From contig NC_068995.1 in NCBI RefSeq assembly GCF_001194135.2, positions 43,241,638-43,287,332 of the forward strand: DNA of 45,695 bases, given 5' to 3'. A model generated the notes under the pieces. It had not been told where the DNA came from, did not search any database, and saw nothing but the letters and a program-made list of their open reading frames with translations. This DNA comes from Octopus bimaculoides. Taxonomy: Eukaryota. The position numbers were made by a program, and so were the translations under genes. Positions 1-11,653 of the stretch are shown here, piece by piece (within the stretch, counting starts at the first letter, position 1; every line of letters starts with the position of its first letter).

Positions 1-38
1 TATATATATATATATTTGTACATATATATTTGTATATG

Positions 39-70
<32 letters not shown>

Positions 71-1793
71 GACACACAATGTCTTGCTAATATCTTTTAG
101 AACCATGCTACAACTCAATTCCGATTTCGGTTTGGTAAAGCATGAACATCACTGAATCATTCTCCTAAAACAATACGTGGTTCTATTACTATAAACTATG
201 TTGTGTTTCCAGGGAGTGGCGTGTGCTAATTTAGTGATATATTCTTGAAACACTATGCAGAGAAAAGGAACGTCACTTACGACAGAATTAATGGTCAGTT
301 AGCGAAACTTTGATACATACAAACTAGCGAAATTATGCGTCTGTGGCGAGTGTACTTCCAGTAGAGAAAAAACTTTGGTGTAAATTTTCAAATGCCAATA
401 ACCATTAGAAGTAATCTATCTGGAGTTTATAAAGAACTACATACTGATTTATGGTTGATTGGAATAGTTTGTCAGCCGACTGAGAAAAAAAGAAGCATAA
501 AACGTCCATGTTACTGTATTTCCGAAAGTTATTTAAGAATTCTGAAGAACGCTTTTTCACTCAAAGCTAAAAGATATATAATTACTTATGCTATAATGTA
601 TGCCACTCGCTCAATAAAATTTTAAAAAAAACATGCAAGAGATATCAGTTTACTAAGTCTATGTAGCAGTGAAGATGAAATAAATATTTGAGATTAGACC
701 TAAACATTTTACTCTTTTGACTGAACTGTACTAAGTTTCGCATCGAACCAGAAATTAGATTGCTTATATCATACAGAGTTTAATAAAACAGGTAGTGATA
801 GAATTATCAATCATACTGATTAGAAATATACCGTTGTAAATCGAGATGAATGTGATTTCGTTTAAACAAATATTTCCATCTCTGCTATTATATGGTCATG
901 GCAACTCCCTTGTCACAAATATTTTAAATAATTCTATTTATTTATGCTACATTGAATCAGTATTCCTAAGGATAATATTTGCCATGGCTATAATGCAGTT
1001 AATTGAATCCTTAATTGATCTGCTTAGAGTAGGAGCGTCAGATAAAACACCTAACGATATTCCGACCCTCTGGAACATCGTTATATAGTCTACGGTTGGA
1101 AGACTTTTAATAAATATTCTTGAATTATTAAAACACAACCCAAATGATTATATATATGCGTGTGTGTGTGTATGTGTGTATACACGAAGTAACAGGGGAA
1201 TTATATATATATATATATNNNNNNNNNNNNNNNNNNNNNNNNNNNNNNNNNNNNNNNNNNNNNNNNNNNNNNNNNNNNNNNNNNNNNNNNNNNNNNNNNN
1301 NNNNNNNNNNNNNNNNNNNNNNNNNNNNNNNNNNNNNNNNNNNNNNNNNNNNNNNNNNNNNNNNNNNNNNNNNNNNNNNNNNNNNNNNNNNNNNNNNNNN
1401 NNNNNNNNNNNNNNNNNNNNNNNNNNNNNNNNNNNNNNNNNNNNNNNNNNNNNNNNNNNNNNNNNNNNNNNNNNNNNNNNNNNNNNNNNNNNNNNNNNNN
1501 NNNNNNNNNNNNNNNNNNNNNNNNNNNNNNNNNNNNNNNNNNNNNNNNNNNNNNNNNNNNNNNNNNNNNNNNNNNNNNNNNNNNNNNNNNNNNNNNNNNN
1601 NNNNNNNNNNNNNNNNNNNNNNNNNNNNNNNNNNNNNNNNNNNNNNNNNNNNNNNNNNNNNNNNNNNNNNNNNNNNNNNNNNNNNNNNNNNNNNNNNNNN
1701 NNNNNNNNNNNNNNNNNNNNNNNNNNNNNNNNNNNNNNNNNNNNNNNNNNNNNNNNNNNNNNNNNNNNNNNNNNNNNNNNNNATAGATAGATA

Positions 1794-2105
1794 GATAGAT
1801 AGATAAATACATTTCTTTTATTAGCCACACAGGGCTCAACAAAATGGGACAAATACAATGTAGAGCTTTTCTTTTTGGGAGGGGGAAGGAAAAAAAAACA
1901 ATGGGGTGTGTCGATCAAAAGGGATCGTAGGAAGGGAAAAAGGGGGGAGTTCGATCAAAAGGGATCGAGAAAAAAAAAGCGATCAATAGGGATCGTGTAT
2001 CACACAGTAATGTTCTCGTGTAAAAAGAGGGGAGGACAGTTTAGGTTTAGCCGTGGAAAGAAAAGCCTACGGAAAAGACCACGGTAGACTTGGTCAATAT
2101 TGTCA
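1794..2105 (-). mobile_element. 3' end/UTR of a retroelement, probably L1/Tx1-like LINE
   Basis: Minus strand ends ...TTTGTCCCATTTTGTTGAGCCCTGTGTGGCTAATAAAGAAAT followed by a (TATC)n tail, and contains three CGATC-N6-GATCG hairpins. Tx1 assignment is from recollection of octopus repeats, unverified. Confidence 0.45.
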
Positions 2106-2189
2106 TTACAGAAACTATAACAGTAAGTGACTCTCTTTTGCCTTTTTGTTTTTTGATAAATAGATAGATAGATGTTTTGGGAGGGGTTT

Positions 2190-2337
2190 GTTCGATTACT
2201 CTGATTGCAGTGGTACTTTTTCGATGCTGAAGGATGTAAAGCAAAGTAGTCTCCGCTCAATTGAAATTCAGAACGTAAATATCCGGAAGAAATTTCACTG
2301 AGCATTTTATACGAATTACTAACGATTCTGCTGGCGA
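2190..2337 (-). mobile_element. Degenerate tRNA-derived SINE (family A)
   Basis: Colinear with the better copies at 12967 and 22212 (gaaggatgtaaagcaaagt...tcagaacgtaa...ctaacgattctgc). Confidence 0.7.
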
Positions 2338-2522
2338 ATATATTCATAAAATGTTTACTAATCCATCCTTAAAGAACAATGAGAGATAAGAGATGCAAAA
2401 TTCAATCCACTTTATACATAAATTCAAAGAACAGTGGCTCCAGCCGTCGAACGACAGGCACTGTGATTCCTATTGATACAAAAATGTCTTATCTTACTAT
2501 TTCTCTTCCACCATCTCTTCAC

Positions 2523-2580
2523 AATCATCATCACCATCATCATCATCATCATCATCGTTATCACCGTCGCCACCATAGCC
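2523..2580. repeat. (CAT/CAC)n trinucleotide microsatellite
   Basis: Direct. Explains the poly-His ORF 2379-2606. Confidence 0.95.
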
Positions 2581-2609
2581 ACTGTCGCCCGCGTTCGTGT
2601 TATTAGAAT

Positions 2610-3290
2610 CTTCCATTGAAGGAGGAGGCGGAGAGAAAGAAGGAAAGGAAAATGATACATTTCTTTCGTTACTGGGATGCGATCGTCATTGACAGAAATA
2701 TATAAAGCAAAGACAAGGAGCACAAGAAGTATACTGAATGGTTGCAAGAACTGAAACAAGCAGTAGTCTGTCCAAAACAGGCGGAACTAGTCATTTCAGT
2801 GAGGGAAGTGAAGGAAATCAGCAAAAGAATAGGCAACTGGAAGGCCTCGGGACCAGATGGAGTTCAAGGCTACTGGATCAATAGATTTGGTGAATGTCAT
2901 GCACAAATACCTGCACAACTTAACACCTTGTTAAACGCCGACCAAGTAACACCAGATGATTGACAATGGGTGCGAGAATGCTCTGCTTGAAAAACATCTA
3001 AAAAGGCAATACCGTAGACCATTGCAGGCCGATATCCTGCTGGCTACTTATGTGGAAATATTTAAATGAGATTGGAACGGAATGTCCTGTTGAGCTTTTA
3101 CAGAAGCTTTACTTCTAAGGGGCATCAGAAGGCTTTTGAACAATTAAAGCCTCATTGAAATCATATGGTTATATAAGGCTACAATGAGTAAACCACTACC
3201 CTCATAAATTCTACGAACAATAACGACAATCCTGACTGACGTCGAATAAAAATAATTGAATGCTTATAATAATAATAATAATAATAATGT
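2610..3290 (+). mobile_element. R4/Dong-clade non-LTR retrotransposon fragment, internally deleted, with 3' end
   Basis: Translates to EWLQELKQ...IGNWKASGPDGVQGYWINRF and then RPISCWLLMWK (RT N-terminal motifs). It jumps at ~3062 to a C-terminal-like EIGTECPVELLQK, then a 3' UTR ending in (TAA)n at ~3266-3287. Confidence 0.8.
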
Positions 3291-4067
3291 AGAAACATTA
3301 TCCTTTGCATTATTGTTAATCTTATTGTAAATTGACTTTCACCAAAATTATTTATTCTGATGTATTCAAATTGAAAACTTTCTGGTACAACAGAACATTT
3401 GTATTCAGTCCTACAAAGATATATGGGAAACTGCTGCTCGCCATATTAAAATAGTATCGTACGTTCTCCTGCAAGTTCTCTTAGGATTCCTATAAGAGTT
3501 TTCTCATGTAGGCATGTAGAATATATTAATAATTCAATTTGCTTAACCGAATTATATAAATGTTTTTGTTTGTTTTTTTCATTTGTTTCCTCGTGTGGGA
3601 GAAAAGAAAGAAATGTAATTCAAATAAACTCATAAAGACATGGAATCATTAGCAAAAATGTGACACATAATACATATAAGGAGGTATAAATATACGTATA
3701 TGTATGTATGTATTTATATGTGCATTTACATTTATGTCATGAAACAGCAGCAAGACTAATCTTGAAAATATAACAATGGCAAAATGAAACAAATTTATCA
3801 AACCGAGGAAAAGAAACACGAAATTGCAATCTGCTCAGAATTACGTATGCGCATATCAATTTGAGTGAGAATATAAGAAAATAATTGATAAGGTATCATT
3901 ACAGATATTATTCATTGAGTAACATCTGTGAACGTTTTCTCATATAAAATACATCCTCAGGCACGCATATCTACAATTGAACGAAATACATACATATATA
4001 CAAAGGCACAAGTCTGCTTGTATGAAGGGGCGCCGAATAATGTACGGATGGGTGTTTATGTGTATAT

Positions 4068-6785
4068 TAGGGATATGTCGTTTTGATTTCTTGAAAAGTA
4101 AACAATTTCCTGTAGTAAAATGTTGGACAATTTTATATAATTAGGAAGCTAACCTTTATTTTGAATTATTTTAAAAACCTGTCACCCGCAACTGAGGAAA
4201 TTTAACAATCACTTTTGACCAATATCATGAAAAATTCTAGGTGGGGGTTCAGAGTGCCTACTCAGGTTTTTACCGAATTTGGTGTGCTGACTTAATGCAA
4301 TGTAGAAGCAGTATATCGCAAAGTTTAACTTAACAGTTTAAGTAATTTAAGGGTTATAGAGTTTTTAATTTGTTACCACATAGACCCTACTTTAGGAAAT
4401 ATTCGCTTCTTCTCCTTTTTATTTCCGTGACGCTAAAAACGCTGACTATCTTAACTGTTTTTTTTTTTCAGAATAATAGGCTTATCCAACTAGATTATCT
4501 AAAATAATGTCTCATAAGGTGAGCGCTTGTGTCACTCAAAGAAACAAAAGCTCTGGACGAAGAATGTAGTGCAATTTCAAGGCTCATATAGAAAAGAAGC
4601 ACTGTTCCTGTAGAAGAGAATTCTTTGGAAAACAACTGTAGGATACCAATGAAATTTCAAATTGTCGGTCACTACCTGTTCCTTAGAGGTGCTATGAAAG
4701 GCGGGAAAGAAAGAACAAATGAAATTTTGAAATAAGCAACTTTTTTATGGCAAAAGAAATTAAATCTGCCATATCTATCAATTCAAAATGTACAAGCAAA
4801 AGTAGAAAATGTGCTAAATACGTACGATAAATGTGTAAAACGAGGAAAATACGATTCATTGAAAGAAACTTTTGACATCACACATGGAACCAGCGAATGG
4901 TTGTGCATTGAGGATAGAAGGTTATATTATCTTCGAATTGAAAGCAAATGACAGGTTGGTTATGCAACTGGAAAGGCAGCCGGTTTCAAAACTATTCATC
5001 TATTCAAAAGAAGAAAAATGTCTTTAATGTCCACTTCAACCAGAATAACTTCAATGCCATCGCAAAGTCTTAAGCAGAGGATGAAAGTGAATAGCAAGAG
5101 TCCGAAAACATCAGATGAAGAATCCACACAAGCAAGGAGGGAGTGTAGCAAACCTAGACTGCAAGCAAGTTAGTAATATCTTCTAAGCTATCAACCCAAA
5201 AAGCAGCAAAAGTTATCACAAGACGGAATCAATGTCGAGACTCCTTTTCGTATTTACAGAACGACTATCAAAGAAGCTGTTAAACTAAAAACGAAACTGA
5301 ATAAAACACTACATTTTGAAAACTTGTCATTGTATTTTGATGGTAAACATATTGATGACCAAGAACACCAAGGGCTCGATTTAAAGAATGAACGGTGAGT
5401 AGTTAAGATACAAGCACTCCAAATACCAGAGGGAAAAGCCGATACTGGTTCGAAAGGAATAAAAGCTGTTTTTTTTATGAATACAGTTTATGGAACTGTG
5501 TAATGATTATTGTCACTGATACGAGTATGAACACTGGGAAAGGAAATGGCATTGTCATTCAGTTGCAAAAACTTTGCTCAAAAGTGTTTGAAAGAAACGC
5601 AATTTATTGGTTGTCAGCATCATATCCTTGATAGCGTTCTTCGTGTGGTAATGGACAATGTGCTTGGAGAAAAGCAAGATATCTCCTAATGTTGACTATA
5701 CATTCACCCCAGAGCTTCTAAGTAATTACGAGAAATTCCAGCCTAATTTCAATAATGGTGAAGGAAAGATTACTGAATCAGGAGGATGGCAAGATGACAT
5801 TAAATTTTCATTCTCATTTGACCAGAGTTTTACGTGTCTTTGAAGAAACTGACAAATTTCCAAGTGTAAAGTTTCCAAAAATAGCCAACTTAAATAATCC
5901 AAGATGGAATTCTCAAGCAATACTAGTACTTTTGTCATTTATTCTTCTACCAGGGATAAGAGTTTTGCTTCTCAATGTTTTCTCGATTCATCTCTTACAG
6001 CTAGGCAGATGTTTGGCTTACTGACCAAATGTTCAATGCACATGATCATAAAAAGTTATGCTATAGCCTGCAAGTTCACAAAAAAAAAAAAACATTGAAC
6101 TCTGTAAAAACCTTTGGAGTCGAGAACCATAGAAACTGGAAATCACCAGAACAAATCAGAGTGCAGAACGGGCAATGGAATTCCTTCAAGACCTTTATGA
6201 TATTTGTAAAATGAAGGAGAAAATTCAACTTCGATTTATTTTATCTAACAAAACATTAATTCTTTTTTATGTTTAAATAATTGCTAACGTTCAGCACCCT
6301 TTGTTATCGAATGCTTGTAGTGACCTCTTTCTGAAAATAACCTAGTTTTGAACCGTTGCATAGAGCAATTGCAATTCAGTAATCTTTAAAACTTTTAAAT
6401 AAACTTTTATTCCACATCTCTCTTACGTTTACAAGGATTTAGGGAGCAGAAATACTGAAGATTGAATCTAGTGCCAGTTAGTGATTATAATTTTAAAAGC
6501 CCATAACTTCGATACTACTTCAACTAGAAAGCTGAAATTTTAGATATACTCTTTCTACATTGCATTCAGTCAGAACACCGAGTTTGGTAAACACTTGAGC
6601 TGGCAGCTATGAACTCCACTAGAATTTTGCATGATTTGGGTCAAAGGTGTTGGTCGATTTCTTAAGTTGGGGATGACTTTTTTCTTTTTAAATAAAGCAA
6701 AATAAATGTTAGTTTCCTGACTTTTATGAAATTATTCAACGAATTACAGTAGAGGGTTATTAGGTTATGAAAAATCATAACCCTA
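4068..6785 (+). mobile_element. hAT-superfamily DNA transposon (hATm-like), near full length, decayed
   Basis: Termini TAGGG...CCCTA. About 300-bp imperfect inverted repeats (e.g. aggaagctaacctttattttg / caaaataaatgttagtttcct; aatgcaatgtagaa / ttctacattgcatt). Flanking 8-mers gtgtatat / atatatat (6/8) fit a decayed 8-bp TSD. Confidence 0.85.
4507..6260 (+). pseudogene. Disrupted hAT-like DDE transposase
   Basis: Across frameshifts and stops: YFDGK (~5335), DTSMNTGKGNG (~5518), IGCQHHILD (CxxH motif, ~5609), PRWNS (hAT RW motif, ~5902), and C-terminal QLRFILSNK. Confidence 0.8.
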
Positions 6786-7504
6786 ATATATATGTGCATG
6801 TGTGTACAGGAATGCTACATAAGACTTTAATGTGTGTGTGTGTGGGGGGGGGGGGTAGTGTGTGTGTACGCGCACGCGAGCGCTTGTGTGTATTTACATA
6901 TATTCAATAAATAGAGAGAGAGAGGTTAACATTTCAGAATTAAAATTATGCGAAACCGCAAAACAATCATTTGCAACCAATAGACCTTAACAACAGAAAA
7001 TTGCTTCCGCAAAGTAATTTGAAAGGCGACAAAAGAAAAATAATAGCTAGAAGCAAATAACGCAGGCATATAATAATAGAACAAACAGGCACATGTATCC
7101 CAATATACGAAGATTCGTATTAAAACAATACATTTTGTCATAGACTGTAATTTCGAAATCGAGCAATGAATACATAGTTGAGACAATGATATACAAATTA
7201 CTGAGAGAGAGCCATAGGCATAACTGTGTAAAATAAAATATCAGAACTCCAAAACAAAAATAAGATAGGTTTAGGAAAACAATGCGTATGAATAACCAGC
7301 GCAAAAGAATGAACACATCACAGAATGTTTGTAATGTGCACAAACAGAAAAATAATAGAAGTAACGCAAATATGGCTATTCTGTAAAACTTGAGTTGCCA
7401 GATAAAGAAATTGAATTTAAATAAATTGCGAGCGCTATTCTGATGGTCATTTATTAACACATTTAAACAGACGGTCCACAGTCACACACACGTACACGCG
7501 CACG

Positions 7505-7541
<37 letters not shown>

Positions 7542-7685
7542 ATATAAACGTACAGGTAGTTTAATACATGTCTGGTCATACAGTGACCAATGGCTTCCAT
7601 AAAGCTCCTAGCTTTATAGACGAATTGCCAGGCTAGAATGCTGGAGGGAATATATCTATATCTCTCTATCTAACTACCCTTCTCC

Positions 7686-7736
<51 letters not shown>

Positions 7737-7888
7737 AAAAGGTTGAATTATACTTCATCCTTTAAGCTCGAGGGTTCCAAAAAAGCGATTTCTAATAAAG
7801 ATTCTTCATATTTCGCTGGTAGCTTACTGCTGTAAGTTTGTTGAGTTCTATGGGATACTACAGTTCCATATTTAAGAGATGAGGAATT

Positions 7889-8041
7889 TTGTACATTATT
7901 TACATTATTTACATTTCACGGATATTTGTGCTCATCTTGTTTGTTGTTAACACAACTTTTCGGTCGATATACCCTCCAGCCTTCATCAGGTGTCTTGGAG
8001 AAATTTCGAACCTGGGTTCTCATTCCCAAGGTATTTTTCGA

Positions 8042-8085
<44 letters not shown>

Positions 8086-8145
8086 TCACTTCCTTAAATC
8101 GAACTCGGAATCTCTGGGGTTAGTAGCCCCCGCTACTCTTCTCAA
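7889..8145 (-). mobile_element. Short retroposon: tRNA-like head + (AAT)n + Penelope-like tail with hammerhead motif
   Basis: Minus strand: GGGGCTACTAACCCC anticodon-like arm, B-box GAGTTCGATT, (AAT)13, then ...GACACCTGATGAAGGCTG...CGACCGAAAAGTTGTGTT... and a (AAATAATGT)n tail. Confidence 0.7.
7949..7994 (-). ncRNA. Degenerate minimal type I hammerhead ribozyme-like fold
   Basis: Stem I GACAC/GUGUU, core CUGAUGA(+A), stem II GGCUG/CGACC with one mismatch and one wobble, GAAA, triplet GUU. Stem III is AAGU, one substitution from the palindromic ACGU expected for dimeric Penelope-type hammerheads. Confidence 0.55.
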
Positions 8146-8149
8146 TGAG

Positions 8150-8520
8150 AGCTAGCTGGGACAGATTGATAAGATATGGTCGGTAGACTGTTAGCTTTTT
8201 GTACCAATATCGAACAATCAAGTCTTTTCCAAGTACTTTTCCATGCTGGAGTCTCTGGATCACAGTTGCAAGTGTTTCACCATCAATGTTTTATGTCTTG
8301 GATGTTACACAGATGCAATAACTTTCTCGGATTTCTTCCAGCCATAGAGCACATTGATTTAATTCCTTCTCTTCACTCCAGATTTCCCTCCAGAAGGAGT
8401 CTGTCTTCTCGTGAAGGAGCTTCCTTGATGTTTACTAGTCCTCCTCTCATGTCTCTGTATACTGCTGTCTGACTCCGATTAATTTTTTTGTTTATTATTC
8501 TTCTCTCGGTTATTTTCTTA
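8150..8520 (-). mobile_element. R4/Dong-clade LINE fragment (pre-RT/RT start)
   Basis: Minus-strand translation FWREIWSEEKELNQCALWLEEI...LQHGKVLGKDLIVRYWYKKL. Begins directly after (CATA)n at 8520-8556. Confidence 0.75.
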
Positions 8521-9318
8521 TGTATGTATGTATGTATGTATGTATGTATGTATGTATCATGAACTTTCAAACACATCAGACCATTGAATTTCAAACTCCA
8601 AGAAACTAACTCAAAATATAAATTAGTGTTGGTGTGATAAGAGATTTTTCGTGTAAAACTATTCACAATTGTCAGTCAAATGTTGACTCAAGAACACAAT
8701 TAATTCCATTCATAGTCTAATGCGCACAGTGTGAAATGTATCGTAACAATGATAGCTGAGCGGCAAGACAGCAGGTTAGATAATGGGGTAAAAAAGAAGG
8801 CAGAGGAAAACGTAGAGGAAAAGAAAGATAGAGAAAGAGAGCGACAGAGAAAGAGAGAGTTTTTCTCAGTCAAGGGACAACAGTGGCAGTGTAACACTAA
8901 AGATACTAATGACCAAAATATACAAAGAATATCTAAAATGTATAAGACCCGTGTAACGAAACCAAATTGAAAGAGAAGATAAACATGCCACCCATCAGCA
9001 GTTTTACCTGGAGGTCATGCCAGTTTTGATACATAATAAATGTATTAATGTTTCGCAAATATTTTGCTACATTAACTGCAAAACTGAAAATATTACAACA
9101 GAATTACACGCACGTACATACTAACACACACAAAATACAGACACACACAAGCATGCACACATATACAAACATACACGCGCGTACACATACACACATAGAT
9201 ACACACAAATGTACATACACATGCCTTTACGTAGTCTTTGTAAGTTTTCTAGAACAAGCTGCGTAAATAGAACGTAATCTTTGCGTGTATACATATATAT
9301 ATATATATATATATATAT

Positions 9319-10160
9319 CCCTCCCTATAGCTTGCAGAACGAGGGCTGCGGCCACGCTGTAGCACTGTCGTTTGCCTTGCTACACTTTCACTAAACCAAC
9401 TCTGACATGTAGCATTTGGTGGATGAAGGAGTTTGAGGCTGCTGCCCTCGTCTGTGTTTCTTTCCTTGAGGTAGGTTCATCCGGAACTCTTGACAGAAGG
9501 AAATCCAGTTCTGTTTTGAAAACACCTACATCCACGCCATACATGTCTTTCAGGCTCTAAGGGAGGACATTAAAGAGCAGTAAACCCTTGAAGCCGAAGA
9601 TGCTGCAGTATCTGGTCCTGTACCCTGATAGCAATTTTGGGATTTTGGGAAGTATGCAGTTTCCTGCTGGCTCTTTATGTAACTGACAAGGTCAAAGTTT
9701 GGTAGAAATTCCTCTAGGATTTTCCAGGTGTATATAACTGAATATCTTTCCCGCCTTCATTCTAACTAGTAGAATCTTTACATTTTCAGTCTCTGTCAGT
9801 AGGTGACATGTGCTAATGAGATTATCTTTGTGTAGCTTCGTTGGATCGCTGCGAGCCCCGTCGTAAATTTTACACTGTTTGGTGACCAAGATTGGGAGCG
9901 GTAATACAGAGAGCTAAGGACGAAAGTCTGCCAGAGGATCTTCATTGTTTCCTGCTCTCTTGTTTTGAAAGATCCACCCGGTCAACCGTCTACATTTTAT
10001 TACCGACTTAGTAATAGGCACATGGAAGAGGCACCATTACTCATGTTGATGCCCATGTCACGAACTGATTTTCATCCGGGAATCGCAATCTATGCAGGGC
10101 CAGCGTATTATTGGGTTTTGTGTATTGATAGCGCAGGGGCCAAGTCATAACTGCCCTCTA
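9319..10160 (-). mobile_element. CR1/L2-type LINE, 5'-truncated 3' end (RT C-terminus and 3' UTR)
   Basis: Across frameshifts: SVRDMGINMS, TREQETMKILWQTFVLS...WSP...AIQRSYTK, FKGLLLFNVLP, FKTELDFLLSRVPDEP...RAAASNS. 3' UTR runs into (TA)n. Confidence 0.85.
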
Positions 10161-10161
10161 C

Positions 10162-10203
10162 GACACTCTTCCTCCTTAAGACACTCTTCCTCCTTAAGAC
10201 ACT
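10162..10203. repeat. 18-bp tandem duplication gacactcttcctccttaa x2.3
   Basis: Direct. Located at the 5' truncation point of the CR1-type fragment. Confidence 0.95.
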
Positions 10204-10312
10204 TTGTAATTTCTGCTGATTATAAATAAAACCAGCGTTTATATGTGCATATATAGGTTCCCTCGAGTGTGCGTGTTTATGGGAATATATGTATCTATAT
10301 CTGTGTCTGTAG

Positions 10313-10368
<56 letters not shown>

Positions 10369-11430
10369 NNNNNNNNNNNNNNNNNNNNNNNNNNNNNNNN
10401 NNNNNNNNNNNNNNNNNNNNNNNNNNNNNNNNNNNNNNNNNNNNNNNNNNNNNNNNNNNNNNNNNNNNNNNNNNNNNNNNNNNNNNNNNNNNNNNNNNNN
10501 NNNNNNNNNNNNNNNNNNNNNNNNNNNNNNNNNNNNNNNNNNNNNNNNNNNNNNNNNNNNNNNNNNNNNNNNNNNNNNNNNNNNNNNNNNNNNNNNNNNN
10601 NNNNNNNNNNNNNNNNNNNNNNNNNNNNNNNNNNNNNNNNNNNNNNNNNNNNNNNNNNNNNNNNNNNNNNNNNNNNNNNNNNNNNNNNNNNNNNNNNNNN
10701 NNNNNNNNNNNNNNNNNNNNNNNNNNNNNNNNNNNNNNNNNNNNNNNNNNNNNNNNNNNNNNNNNNNNNNNNNNNNNNNNNNNNNNNNNNNNNNNNNNNN
10801 NNNNNNNNNNNNNNNNNNNNNNNNNNNNNNNNNNNNNNNNNNNNNNNNNNNNNNNNNNNNNNNNNNNNNNNNNNNNNNNNNNNNNNNNNNNNNNNNNNNN
10901 NNNNNNAATTAAATAAACAGTTACCAGGGTAGCAAAATTCACGCAAGTAACAAGGATGTAGCAACATGTTCAAAGGCAGAAACTCAGGGTTGATGTGCAG
11001 TAGTTTTTATAGTATAAATAAACAAATGGACTTAAACGCAGCTTTTATTCAAATTCTTTTACTTCTGACATATGTTTCGAAGACAACAGTGGTATTATTC
11101 CAAATGAAAATATCGTTTCCGTTTAGCGTTTTTCGCCTTGGATTTTATTTTTCAACTTTAATTATTTCCACCTAGCTTTGCTAAAACTCTCCCACTGCTG
11201 AAGTTTTCCCACCACATGTAGTTATCGTTTAGTTACTAATCGATTGCCAGTTCTCTTTAAAATGTTTACACACGCGCATACACATTGACAAACATAAACA
11301 CATGTGTATAAACAAACATTTACATATATGCAAAAACAAACACGCGACAACAGAATATATTCAAACGCACAAACACTATTTCTGCGAATACATACGTTGA
11401 CACATTTCCAACTCTATCATCTCTCCTTAC

Positions 11431-11522
11431 TGCCCCACAGACAATTAGACTTATCTCTCTACTCCTCTTGATAACTGCCCGTGGCACCAATTTTAGTAGA
11501 CTATCAATTAACCTATACCATT
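11431..11522 (-). CDS. Weak candidate internal exon (EWYRLIDSLLKLVPRAVIKRSREISLIVCGA), product unknown
   Basis: Acceptor ttttacattgttcag, donor GCA|gtaagg, one open frame, 92 bp. No recognisable homology. Confidence 0.2.
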
Positions 11523-11653
11523 CTGAACAATGTAAAAACACGATATATTTACTTCAGCTCACAATTGAGGCTTCTCATGTGTTTCTGTAAAGCGGCCTGT
11601 AAAACTATTGGTCGCGAAGAGCCGAATCAAACTGTTTTAAATAATAATATGCA

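Noticed and set aside
213-293. 81-bp segment with good splice signals (DIFLKHYAEKRNVTYDRING)
   Set aside because: Stops in all three frames from the strong acceptor; the alternative acceptor is weak.
7047-7460. 137-aa hydrophobic minus-strand ORF resembling a multi-pass membrane protein or NUMT
   Set aside because: Explained by a T-rich strand. No GPCR, channel or mitochondrial motif recognised, and it has a non-ATG start. An HMM search would settle it.
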